Source of the DNA: Mycobacteriales bacterium
Lineage (GTDB): Bacteria; Actinomycetota; Actinomycetes; Mycobacteriales; QHCD01
NCBI GenBank assembly: GCA_036267955.1
Contig: DATAVB010000161.1
Location: 36,095-60,094, forward strand
Length of the DNA stretch: 24,000 nucleotides
Direction of reading: 5' to 3'
The notes under the pieces are model-generated. The model was given only the letters and a program-made list of their open reading frames with translations. It ran no database searches and was not told where the DNA came from. Shown here piece after piece: positions 8,461 through 16,362 of this stretch. The stretch's first letter is position 1, and every line of letters begins with the position of its first letter. Both the position numbers and the translations under genes were made by a program.

Positions 8461-9290
8461 CCACCACCGAAATAGAAGCGCCACCATTGGAATCCACAGT
8501 GGACAACAAGGATGAGAAGAGGAGTACGGCGATCCCGCCGATAGTCCGACACAGCCTGACGCTGGCATGGCGGACCATCATCCGGATCCGCTACAACCCG
8601 GAACAACTGATCGACGTCACGCTCCAACCGATCATCTTCATTCTGCTTTTCGTATTCGTCTTCGGCGGCGCGATCTCGTCCAACTGGCACGATTACCTGC
8701 CCTTCGTACTGCCCGGCATCATGGCCCAGACTGTCGTTTTCGCCACCATGAGCACCGGTGTGAACCTGAGTACCGATATCACCAAGGGCGTCTTCGACCG
8801 GTTCCGGAGCCTGCCGATATCCCGGTCGGCGCCATTGATCGGCGCCGTTCTCGGTGACGTCGTCCGCTATATCGTGACGATGATCGTCATCCTCGGATTC
8901 GGTATGGCGCTCGGTTTCCGGATCCACACCGACCCGATTTCGGCGATCGCGGCCTGCCTGCTGGTATTGCTTTTCGCGCTGGCATTCTGCTGGATCACGG
9001 TGTGGATCGGTCTGATGGCCAGGAGTCCGGGAAGCGTGCAGGGAATTGCATTTGTCTTCATGTTCCCGTTGACCTTCGGCAGCAATGTCTTCGCCCAGAC
9101 GTCCTCCATGCCGGGATGGCTGCAGGCCTGGGTGAAGGTCAATCCGGTGACCCAGCTGGTCGATTCGGTACGCGGTCTGTTGCTCGGCGGTCCGGTCGCC
9201 GGTCCGGTCTGGCACACGCTCGCCTGGGCCGCCGGTTTCGTGGTGGTCTTCGCCTCCCTGGCGATCCGGGCCTACCGCCGGCGCGCCTGA
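8457..9290 (+). CDS. ABC-2 type transporter permease, DrrB-like
   Basis: ATGA start/stop overlap with the upstream ATPase gene. 277 aa with about 6 hydrophobic spans and an ABC-2 architecture (RIRYNPEQLIDVTLQPIIFILLFVFVFGG). Confidence 0.88.
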   Translation: MTTTEIEAPPLESTVDNKDEKRSTAIPPIVRHSLTLAWRTIIRIRYNPEQLIDVTLQPIIFILLFVFVFGGAISSNWHDYLPFVLPGIMAQTVVFATMSTGVNLSTDITKGVFDRFRSLPISRSAPLIGAVLGDVVRYIVTMIVILGFGMALGFRIHTDPISAIAACLLVLLFALAFCWITVWIGLMARSPGSVQGIAFVFMFPLTFGSNVFAQTSSMPGWLQAWVKVNPVTQLVDSVRGLLLGGPVAGPVWHTLAWAAGFVVVFASLAIRAYRRRA

Positions 9291-9294
9291 GCGA

Positions 9295-12200
9295 TCACGA
9301 CGCGCACACCATTTCCAACGCATCGCCGTACGGCATCTCGACACCCTGCCGGTAGGCGGTTTCGAAAGCCGCTCCCAGCTCGGCCCGCGCCTGTTCGATC
9401 GTGGCAACCACATCGGGGTTGCCACGATCGGGCAGGCCTCTGGCGCTTTCGGCGATGCCGGTCAGGACCGCCGCCCGGTGCAGGTCGCCGCCGGCCCGGG
9501 CGACGAGCGCCAGCCCGTCGATCGCCGTCCCCGCGAAGGCCCGGTCCTCGAACTTGTCGGCCACCCGCACCGCCTCCCGGAAGAGCTCGCCGGCCCGGTC
9601 CAGATTTCCGTCGGCGACCTCGACGTGGGCCAGCCCGACCAGGAAGAACGACCGCACCTGGTCGGGCATCACGTTGACGGTGCGGGATCCCTCCAGCGCC
9701 AACTCGGCCCGCCGCCGCGCCTCGACCAGGTCGCCCGTGCGGCGCGCCACCTCACTCGCGACCGACTCGACGAACAGCACGCTCTCCGGCGCCCCGTATC
9801 GGCGAACCAACAACGACGCCCGCTCGACGGTGGCCCGGGCCGCCTCGACCTGCCCGGTCCGGATCTCGTTCACCGCCCGCTGGCTCAGGCCCTGGCCGAC
9901 GTCCTCGAACGCCTCGAGCTCGGTGAGCATGTCGATCGCCTCCTGCTGCATGGCCAGCGTCGCCTGCAGATCGCCGTGCAGCTCCCGGATCGAGGTCACC
10001 GACTCCAGGGTGGTGGCCATCCCCCAGCGGTCGCCGATAACGCGGAACTCCGCGAGCGCCTCGACGAACTCCTCCTCCGCCTCGCGAGCCCGCCCCTGAT
10101 TGGTGTACGAGTGACCGAGCATCATCCGGGCGACGGCTCTGGTCCACGGATCGGCATGCCGCAGCGCGACCGCGATCTCGTCGTCGACCTGGCTCAGCGG
10201 GCGGCGCGCGGCCATCGCCGCGATCGGGCGCAACAGGCCGAGCAACGGGTGGGTGTCGATCAGCCCGGGGTCGGCCCGCACGAGTCTCATCGCCCGGCCG
10301 AGCGCCCAGCCGGCTTCCCTGGGCTCGCCGGAGTTGCCGTGCAGCATCGCGCGGCCGGCGTGCACCATCGCCGTCTGCCTCGGTGGCCGTTCGCCGGGCA
10401 CCGAAACCGCCTCGGTCAGCCAGGTGCGCGCCTCGGCTCGGTAGCCCCGCATGCTCCAGAACCAGATGAGCGCGGCGCACAGTCGCACGGCGCCGGTCGC
10501 GTCCCGGGTCTCGGCGAAGAAGTGCAGCGCCGCCAGCATGTTGTCGTGCTCGACCTGGATTCGGCGCAACCACTGGAGTTGCTCGGGTCGACGGGTGTGT
10601 GGCTCGGTCTCCTCGGCCAGGGCCAGGAAGTACGCCGCGTGCCGCTCCTGTACGGTGGGCTGCTCGCCGACGATGTCCAGCTGTTCCTGGCTGTACGCAC
10701 GGATCGTCTCCAGCATCCGGTAGCGACCGCCGAGCTCGGCGTTGCCGACCGCCTGCACCAGCGACTTGTCCACCAGTGCGGAGAGCAGATCGACGATGTC
10801 CTCGACCGGCAGGTCGTCGTCGGCGCACACTGCCTCGGCGCTGTCCAGGGTCACTCCGCCGGGGAAGACCGACAGCCGTCGGGCCAGAATCCGTTCGGGC
10901 TTCTCCAACAGATCCCAGCTCCAGTCCACCACCGCCCGCAGCGTCTGGTGCCGCGGCAGCGCGGCGCGACTGCCCCCGGTGAGCAGCCGGAACCGGTTGT
11001 CCAGGCGAGCCGCCAATTCGTCGGGGGTCAGCGACCGCAGCCGGGCGGCGGCCAGCTCAATCGCCAACGGCATGCCGTCCAGCCGGCGGCAGATGTCGTT
11101 CACTGTGTCGTTCACTGTGTCGTTCACTGTGTCGTTCACTGTGTCGTTCACTGTGTCGGTCATGGTCTCGAGCCGGAAATCAGGTCGGACGGCGATCGCC
11201 CGCTCGGTGAACAGCTGCACCGCCGGTGCCGCGCCGTCGACCGTCAGCGGCAATACGGGCCGCAGTGTCTCGCCGGAGATCGCCAACGGCTCCCGGCTGG
11301 TGGCGATGATCCGCAACTGGGCGCAGCGGGCGAGCAGGGTGTCGGCCAGCTCGGCGGCCGCGGCGATGAGGTGCTCGCAGTTGTCCAGGACCACCAGCAG
11401 TCGCTTACCGGACAGGGCCGCCACCAGCCGGCCCACGATGTCCCGACTGTCCGGGCCGGACTCCAGCAATGCGCGTTCCCGCAGACCGAGGGCCGACAGT
11501 ACGGCCTGGGCAACGCCGGCCGGATCGGTCACCGGAGCGAGTTCCACCATCCAGACGCCGTCCGGCAGCTCCTCCAGCAGCCGGGCGCCAACCTCGCTGG
11601 CCAGCCGGGTCTTACCCGCGCCGCCCGGCCCGACCAGGGTCACCAACCGCTGCGCACCGAGCAGTCCGGTGATCGCCGCGACGTCCTCGGCCCGGCCGAC
11701 GAAGCTGGTGAGCTGGGCGCGGAGGTTCGTCGGTGCGACGCCGGTTTCGGCGGGTACGGCCAACTCGCCGCGGAGCACGGCCAGCTGCAGTTTCTGCAGC
11801 TCGTCGGACGGGTCCACGCCCAGTTCGTCGGCGAGCAGCTCGCGGGCCTGTTCGTACGACGCGAGCGCGTCGGCCTGCCGGCCCGTCCGGTAGAGGGCGG
11901 TGATGTGCTGGCCGCGCAGCCGCTCCCGCAGCGGGTGTGCGCCGACCAGATCGTCGAGCTCGGCGATGACGTCGGCATGCCCGCCCAGCTCCAGGTCTGC
12001 TGCGATCCGGTCCTCGATCGCCGCGAGCCGCAGGTCCGCCAACCGCCGAGCGGCGGCCGCCGCGAACGGAGCCTCGCCGACGTCGGCCAGGGCCGGGCCG
12101 CGCCAGAGGGCGAGGCCTGCTCGAAGGGCAGCCCGGGCACCGCGCGGGTTACCGTCCCGCAGTGCCGTCCGTCCCTCGTCGACCTGCCGCTCGAATTCGG

Positions 12201-12486
12201 CGACGTCGGTGCTTTCGGCGGCGAGCCGGTAACCGGCCGGCGTCGAACCGATCAGCTCGGCGTCACCGAGCGAGCGACGTAGCCGGGAGACCAGGGACTG
12301 CAGCGCATTCGCCGCGCCGGCCGGCGGATTGTCGCTCCACAATGCGTCGACCAGAGCTTCGCCCGAGACCGTACGGCCGGCGTCCAGGGCGAGCCGGGCC
12401 AGCAGCGCGCGCAACCGGGCACCGCCGATCTCGATCGGCCGGCCGTCGACGCGCACCTGCAGCGGACCCAGCAGCGAACAGTGCAC
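9295..12486 (-). CDS. AfsR/SARP-family transcriptional regulator with NB-ARC (STAND) ATPase and TPR domains
   Basis: N-terminus LLGPLQVRVDGRPIEIGGARLRALLARLAL...AANALQSLVSRLRRSLG is an OmpR-type winged helix. A BTAD follows (WRGPALADV...LRLAAIEDRIAADLELG). Walker A GPGGAGKTRLA, Walker B LLVVLDNCEH, LDGMPLAIELAAARL motif, then about 450 aa of TPR-like helical repeats. GTG start at 12486. Confidence 0.9.
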   Translation of the reverse strand: MHCSLLGPLQVRVDGRPIEIGGARLRALLARLALDAGRTVSGEALVDALWSDNPPAGAANALQSLVSRLRRSLGDAELIGSTPAGYRLAAESTDVAEFERQVDEGRTALRDGNPRGARAALRAGLALWRGPALADVGEAPFAAAAARRLADLRLAAIEDRIAADLELGGHADVIAELDDLVGAHPLRERLRGQHITALYRTGRQADALASYEQARELLADELGVDPSDELQKLQLAVLRGELAVPAETGVAPTNLRAQLTSFVGRAEDVAAITGLLGAQRLVTLVGPGGAGKTRLASEVGARLLEELPDGVWMVELAPVTDPAGVAQAVLSALGLRERALLESGPDSRDIVGRLVAALSGKRLLVVLDNCEHLIAAAAELADTLLARCAQLRIIATSREPLAISGETLRPVLPLTVDGAAPAVQLFTERAIAVRPDFRLETMTDTVNDTVNDTVNDTVNDTVNDICRRLDGMPLAIELAAARLRSLTPDELAARLDNRFRLLTGGSRAALPRHQTLRAVVDWSWDLLEKPERILARRLSVFPGGVTLDSAEAVCADDDLPVEDIVDLLSALVDKSLVQAVGNAELGGRYRMLETIRAYSQEQLDIVGEQPTVQERHAAYFLALAEETEPHTRRPEQLQWLRRIQVEHDNMLAALHFFAETRDATGAVRLCAALIWFWSMRGYRAEARTWLTEAVSVPGERPPRQTAMVHAGRAMLHGNSGEPREAGWALGRAMRLVRADPGLIDTHPLLGLLRPIAAMAARRPLSQVDDEIAVALRHADPWTRAVARMMLGHSYTNQGRAREAEEEFVEALAEFRVIGDRWGMATTLESVTSIRELHGDLQATLAMQQEAIDMLTELEAFEDVGQGLSQRAVNEIRTGQVEAARATVERASLLVRRYGAPESVLFVESVASEVARRTGDLVEARRRAELALEGSRTVNVMPDQVRSFFLVGLAHVEVADGNLDRAGELFREAVRVADKFEDRAFAGTAIDGLALVARAGGDLHRAAVLTGIAESARGLPDRGNPDVVATIEQARAELGAAFETAYRQGVEMPYGDALEMVCAS
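11095..11166 (-). repeat. In-frame 12-bp tandem repeat inside the AfsR-like CDS (5 perfect units + 1 degenerate), encoding (TVND)x5
   Basis: GTCGTTCACTGT is repeated perfectly at 11095-11154, followed by the degenerate unit GTCGGTCATGGT at 11155-11166. The minus strand reads ACC ATG ACC GAC then (ACA GTG AAC GAC)x5, i.e. TMTD(TVND)5. Confidence 0.95.
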
Positions 12487-12511
12487 GGTCCCAGCCTGTC
12501 AGATCCCCCCG

Positions 12512-12696
12512 GATCGGAGTGCGCTTTGCCCGTTGCGAGCGACGTCGGTCCCGATCGAAGCGCGCTTTACCCGGTCGGGCTGGCGTCGTCCTCGATCGAA
12601 GCGCGCTTTAACCGGCCGCCATGCGCGCCTGCTCGATCGGAGCGCGCTTTACCCGCGCCAATTAGCGTGCCGCGCCGGGTCGAGCGCACTCCGATC
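12512..12696. repeat. Four 41-bp-phased repeat units with a conserved ~21-bp palindromic core, plus one inverted partial copy
   Basis: Cores: GATCGGAGTGCGCTTTGCCCG (12512), GATCGAAGCGCGCTTTACCCG (12553), GATCGAAGCGCGCTTTAACCG (12594), GATCGGAGCGCGCTTTACCCG (12635). The period is exactly 41 bp. The inverted copy GAGCGCACTCCGATC is at 12682-12696. The whole array lies in the 229-bp gap between the secreted-protein stop and the AfsR-like GTG. Confidence 0.9.
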
Positions 12697-12715
12697 GGTG
12701 GTGGTGGTAGGCGAG

Positions 12716-13189
12716 CTACTTGGTCCGCTCGACGACCGACCGGGCCGTGTCCGCACCCAACAGGGGCCCGGTGACGATGCGGGCCTTCGCGCCCTTGATC
12801 AGCTTGCCCGCCGACGACTTCTGCTTGTCGATCCGCACCCGGGTCTTCGCGTCCAACACATAGGTGTGCTGATAGTGGTCGGGACTGATCAGGGTGATCC
12901 GGGTGGGGCTGACGGCGCTGATTGTGCCGCGCTGTACGAGGACGGTGCGGTAGCCCTGTTTGGTCTTGACGGTCAGCTCGCCGTGCACCGCCCGCCGGGC
13001 GAGCCGGGCCTTCTGGCGGGTGTTCTTCTGTTGCGTGTCCGCCACGGTCGTGGCGGTGGTGGCCGACCCGGCCGCGGTCCCGTGCGGCGTCGGACCATTG
13101 GAGTCGGCGGCGTACGCGACACCGCTACCGACCCCGGCCGCCAGCACCACGGCCGCGCCGCCGACGGCGAATGAACGTCGCTTCATCAT
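12716..13189 (-). CDS. Small secreted protein of unknown function (Sec signal peptide)
   Basis: MMKRRSFAVGGAAVVLAAGVGSGVAYA is a canonical signal peptide with an AYA-A cleavage site. GGAGA lies 3 nt (first ATG, 13189) or 6 nt (second ATG, 13186) upstream. The mature part has a beta-rich look (VHGELTVKTKQGYRTVLVQRGTISAV). The listed 247-aa ORF start at 13459 would overlap the divergent regulator gene. Confidence 0.7.
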   Translation of the reverse strand: MMKRRSFAVGGAAVVLAAGVGSGVAYAADSNGPTPHGTAAGSATTATTVADTQQKNTRQKARLARRAVHGELTVKTKQGYRTVLVQRGTISAVSPTRITLISPDHYQHTYVLDAKTRVRIDKQKSSAGKLIKGAKARIVTGPLLGADTARSVVERTK

Positions 13190-13354
13190 GTGTCTCCATT
13201 CCAATCGGGTTCTTCCTGCTGACGAACCCACCCTGGCTGCACCACGTACGCGGACCTTCACCGTCATGTTCGGAGTATGTAAGGACACGCAGGCGGCTGA
13301 CCCGCGCGGTCGACCGGGTGGAGCAGGATCGCTGCGACGAGATGGGAGAGGTGC

Positions 13355-14035
13355 ATGAGCGAGTCGCAAACCGGTGGGCTGGTCCTCGTCATCGAGGACG
13401 AGGGCGTCATCGCCGACCTGCAACGGCTGTACCTGACCCGGGAGGGGTTCGTGGTGCACGTCGAGACGACCGGCGAGGGCGGCCTGGCCGCGGCCCGGTC
13501 ACTTCGGCCGGCCGCGATCGTGCTGGACATCCGGCTGCCCGGCATGGACGGCATGACGCTCTGCCGGACGCTGCGCGCGGAGGGCAACAGCACGCCGATC
13601 ATCTTCGTCACCGCCCGGGACGACGAGGTGGACCGGATCGTCGGTCTGGAGTTGGGCGGCGATGACTACCTGACCAAGCCGTTCTCGCCGCGCGAACTCG
13701 TCGCCCGGATCAAGGCAGTGCTGCGCCGTACCAACCCGACTCAGGCCGCGCCGATCGTGATCGGCGGCCTGCAGGTCGACATCGGTGCCCGGCGGACCAG
13801 CATCGACGGGGTCGCGGTGGAGCTGACCGCCACCGAGTTCGATCTGCTGGCGTTCCTGCTGACCCGACCTGGTCAGGTCTTCTCCCGGGAGCAGCTGCTC
13901 GCGCACGTCTGGGGATATGAGGGCCTGGGCAGCCGGACGGTCGACGTACACGTCGCGCAGGTCCGCGGCAAGCTCGGTGAGGCCAGCCCGATCCGGACCG
14001 TGCGCGGCGTCGGGTACGCAGCGGAACGTCCATGA
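13355..14035 (+). CDS. Two-component response regulator, OmpR/PhoB family
   Basis: Receiver domain (LVIEDE, phospho-acceptor context IVLDIRLPGMDG, DDYLTKPF) plus a winged-helix output domain (LTATEFDLLAFLLTRPGQVFSREQLL...VDVHVAQVRGKL). Confidence 0.93.
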   Translation: MSESQTGGLVLVIEDEGVIADLQRLYLTREGFVVHVETTGEGGLAAARSLRPAAIVLDIRLPGMDGMTLCRTLRAEGNSTPIIFVTARDDEVDRIVGLELGGDDYLTKPFSPRELVARIKAVLRRTNPTQAAPIVIGGLQVDIGARRTSIDGVAVELTATEFDLLAFLLTRPGQVFSREQLLAHVWGYEGLGSRTVDVHVAQVRGKLGEASPIRTVRGVGYAAERP

Positions 14036-15408
14036 TCACCCGTACCCGCCGCAGCCTGGCGTTCCGGATCGGTGTCGTCACGGTCGTGGTCGCGCTGATC
14101 TCGGTGCTGGTCGCCGCGCTGGTCTCGCTCGGCCTGGTCCGCGGCGTCGCGCAGCGGGAGGGACGCCGCCAACTGGGCCGCGAGGCGGTGCTGGTCGCGG
14201 GGCTGGCACCGCGCCGGACCGTGGCACCGAAGGTCCGCACTCTGCTGGTGAAGTCCGGGATCCGGCTCGTCCTGGTAGGCGCCGACGGTACGACCCGGGG
14301 CCGGTTGCCGCTGCCGGCCGGCGACGTGCGCGCGCTGCTGGCCGGCCGGGACATCTCCCGGGTCGAGACGCTGGACGGCCAGCGGGTCTATGTCGAGGGC
14401 CGGCCGCAGGACGGCGGCGGTGCGGTGGCCCTGGTGCAGACGGCGCGGCTGACCCCGAACGACCAGCGAGAATTCTTCCGGCGGGAGCTGCTCGCCTGCC
14501 TGATCGGGCTGGTGGTCGCGGGCGTCGCTGGTGCCCTGGTGGCGCGCCGGCTGGCCCGCCCGCTGCAGCACACCGCCGCCGGCGCCCGGCGGCTTGCGGC
14601 CGGCGAGCGGTCGGTGCGGATCACGCCGGAGGGCCCGGCCGAGGTGGCTGAGGTGGCCGACGCGGTCAACACCCTCGCCGGCGAGCTGGAGCACAGCGAG
14701 GCGCGACAGCAGGACTTTCTGCTCTCGGTATCGCATGAGCTGCGTACCCCGTTGACGGCGATCACTGGCTTCTCCGAGGCGTTGGCCGACGGCGTCACGA
14801 CCGGGGATCAGGTGCCACCGGTCGGTGCCGTACTGCTCGCCGAGTCACGCCGGCTGGACCGGCTCATCGGAGATCTGCTCGATCTGGCCCGGCTGCAGGC
14901 GGCTGACTTCCCGATCGAGCCGGTGCCGGTCGATCTGCGCGGGCTGCTGCGGGAGAGCGCGACGGTCTGGGGCGCGCGCTGCGCCTCGGTGGGCGTGCTG
15001 TTCCGGCTCGAGGAACCGCCCGATCCGCTGTTGGTCACTACGGATCCGACCCGGGTACGGCAGATCATCGACGGTCTGGCCGAGAACGCACTCCGGGTAA
15101 CGCCGGCCGGCGCGCCGATCGTGCTCGCGGTCCGGGCCGAGGGGGCGGAGGCGGTGGTTGAGGTACGGGACGGCGGTCCGGGCCTGACGCCTCAGGATTT
15201 CGCCGATGCCTTCAACGGTTCGGTGCTCTACCAGCGTTATCGCGGGATCCGCCGCGTCGGCACCGGCCTCGGGCTGGCGATCGTGCACCGGTTGGCGATC
15301 CGGCTGGGCGGCGGTGCGGTGGCGGGGCCGGCCCCGGAGGGCGGCGCCCGATTCGCCGTGCGGTTACCGCGGACGCAGCGGCCATCCGGAGAAAGCGCCA
15401 GAATCTGA
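14032..15408 (+). CDS. Sensor histidine kinase (two TM segments, HAMP, HisKA, HATPase_c)
   Basis: ATGA overlap with the response regulator gene. H-box FLLSVSHELRTPLTAITGF. N-box ENALRVTP. G-boxes DGGPGL and GTGLGLAIV. Two hydrophobic spans flank a ~120-aa extracytoplasmic loop. Confidence 0.92.
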   Translation: MITRTRRSLAFRIGVVTVVVALISVLVAALVSLGLVRGVAQREGRRQLGREAVLVAGLAPRRTVAPKVRTLLVKSGIRLVLVGADGTTRGRLPLPAGDVRALLAGRDISRVETLDGQRVYVEGRPQDGGGAVALVQTARLTPNDQREFFRRELLACLIGLVVAGVAGALVARRLARPLQHTAAGARRLAAGERSVRITPEGPAEVAEVADAVNTLAGELEHSEARQQDFLLSVSHELRTPLTAITGFSEALADGVTTGDQVPPVGAVLLAESRRLDRLIGDLLDLARLQAADFPIEPVPVDLRGLLRESATVWGARCASVGVLFRLEEPPDPLLVTTDPTRVRQIIDGLAENALRVTPAGAPIVLAVRAEGAEAVVEVRDGGPGLTPQDFADAFNGSVLYQRYRGIRRVGTGLGLAIVHRLAIRLGGGAVAGPAPEGGARFAVRLPRTQRPSGESARI

Positions 15409-15429
15409 TAGAACTCGGAAATTAATAGA

Positions 15430-15479
15430 CTCGGGCCCTCGCCCGGTCGCGGGGGGAAGCGATCGGTCGGGGGCCCGAG
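15430..15479. terminator. Candidate bidirectional terminator hairpin between the convergent kinase and rpf genes
   Basis: CTCGGGCCC (15430-15438) is complementary to GGGCCCGAG (15471-15479). The intervening 32 nt contains a smaller GC hairpin (CCCGgtcgCGGG). There is no U-tract, which is common in high-GC actinobacteria. Confidence 0.4.
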
Positions 15480-15499
15480 GTCTATGGAGGGTGCTGCTA

Positions 15500-16213
15500 T
15501 CAGCCGAGCTGCAGCTGCTGCCCCGGGTAAATGACGTTGGGGTTGGACCCGACGACCTTCTTGTTGTGCGAGTACAGCGAGTGCCAGTTGACGTGCGAAC
15601 GCAGGGCGATCTTGGAGAGCGTGTCGCCGGACTTGACGACGTAGCTCGGGCCGCTGATCGCACTGCCGGTGCTGGCAGCGCTCGGTGCCGTCTCCCGCTG
15701 CGGGGCGGCGGCCTGCGGAGCCGCCTGCTGCGGCTGCGCCTGCTGCTGAGTCGGCTGGCTCTGGGTCTGCTGGTCGTTGCTCACCGGCGCACTGGTGGAG
15801 CCGCCGTTGGAGCTGGTCAGACCGCCCTTGATCGAGCAGACCGGCCAGGCGCCTGGGCCCTGGCCCGCGAGGACGCGCTGCGCCACTGCGATCTGCTGCT
15901 CACGGCTGGCCTGGTAGGCCTGCGGTGCGTACGCGGTGCCACCGTATGCGGCCCAGGTCGACTGCGTGAACTGGAGGCCACCGGAGAAACCGTTGCCGGT
16001 GTTGATGCTCCAGTTACCCGTCGACTCGCACTGTGCGACGTTGTCCCAAACGCTGCCATCGGCGTGGGCGACCCCACCACCGATGAGGGGGGCGGCGGCT
16101 GCTGCGCCAACTGCGGCGACCGCGACAGCCGCCTTGCGCATCTGGTGCGCCTCGCGACGGTGGCGGCCCTTATAAGAATAAGTAGACCGCGCGACATCAT
16201 GGGTGTTCGACAT
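15500..16213 (-). CDS. rpfA: Resuscitation-promoting factor (Rpf transglycosylase-like domain) with C-terminal LysM domain
   Basis: Rpf catalytic core [38 protein letters not shown]...[23 protein letters not shown]. Gln/Ala/Pro linker. Lys[47 protein letters not shown]. The N-terminal GRHRR motif and signal peptide resemble mycobacterial and Streptomyces RpfA. The symbol is given by analogy (Rpf+LysM behind a ydaO riboswitch). Confidence 0.9.
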   Translation of the reverse strand: MSNTHDVARSTYSYKGRHRREAHQMRKAAVAVAAVGAAAAAPLIGGGVAHADGSVWDNVAQCESTGNWSINTGNGFSGGLQFTQSTWAAYGGTAYAPQAYQASREQQIAVAQRVLAGQGPGAWPVCSIKGGLTSSNGGSTSAPVSNDQQTQSQPTQQQAQPQQAAPQAAAPQRETAPSAASTGSAISGPSYVVKSGDTLSKIALRSHVNWHSLYSHNKKVVGSNPNVIYPGQQLQLG

Positions 16214-16226
16214 TTCCGCCTCTCAA

Positions 16227-16362
16227 CGCCTGCGAGGTGAGCTGTCGGGTTCGGGCGAGAGGATGTGCCCGGCCGTTGTGAAAACGGCTTCACCCCAAGG
16301 TGTCCGACACTTGCCGGCCACCGGTGTCACCTGTGGTTCCCCCGCTCCTGCCCTAGCGAGTG
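16227..16362 (-). promoter_or_regulatory. ydaO/yuaA-type cyclic-di-AMP riboswitch in the rpf 5' leader
   Basis: The minus strand reads CGCCCGAACCCGACAGCUCACCUCGCAGGCG (16257-16227), nearly identical to the conserved 3' segment of the ydaO motif as I recall it from B. subtilis (CGCCCGAACCCGACAGCUAACCUCGUAAGCG). It also has GGAGCGGGGGAACCA (16348-16334) and UUGGGGUGAAGCCG (16298-16285), matching the two conserved G-rich ligand-pocket segments. The 5' boundary is approximate. Confidence 0.85.

Noticed and set aside
9478-12282. 934-aa ORF on the plus strand
   Set aside because: It lies entirely antisense to the AfsR-like gene, which has clear Walker, BTAD and TPR motifs. The product is Pro/Arg/Gly-rich junk. 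It is a shadow ORF.
12512-12675. Repeat-spacer look of the 41-bp array suggested a mini CRISPR array
   Set aside because: The repeats are only about 21-24 bp and differ from each other at 1-3 positions. The 'spacers' are only 17-20 bp and retain residual similarity to each other, as in a diverged tandem duplication. There are only four units, no leader-like AT-rich flank, and no cas genes in the window.
13190-13459. Upstream 90-codon extension of the secreted-protein ORF
   Set aside because: It would overlap the divergent response-regulator start by about 100 bp. It has no SD. The internal ATG-ATG at 13189/13186 is preceded by GGAGA and yields a textbook signal peptide.
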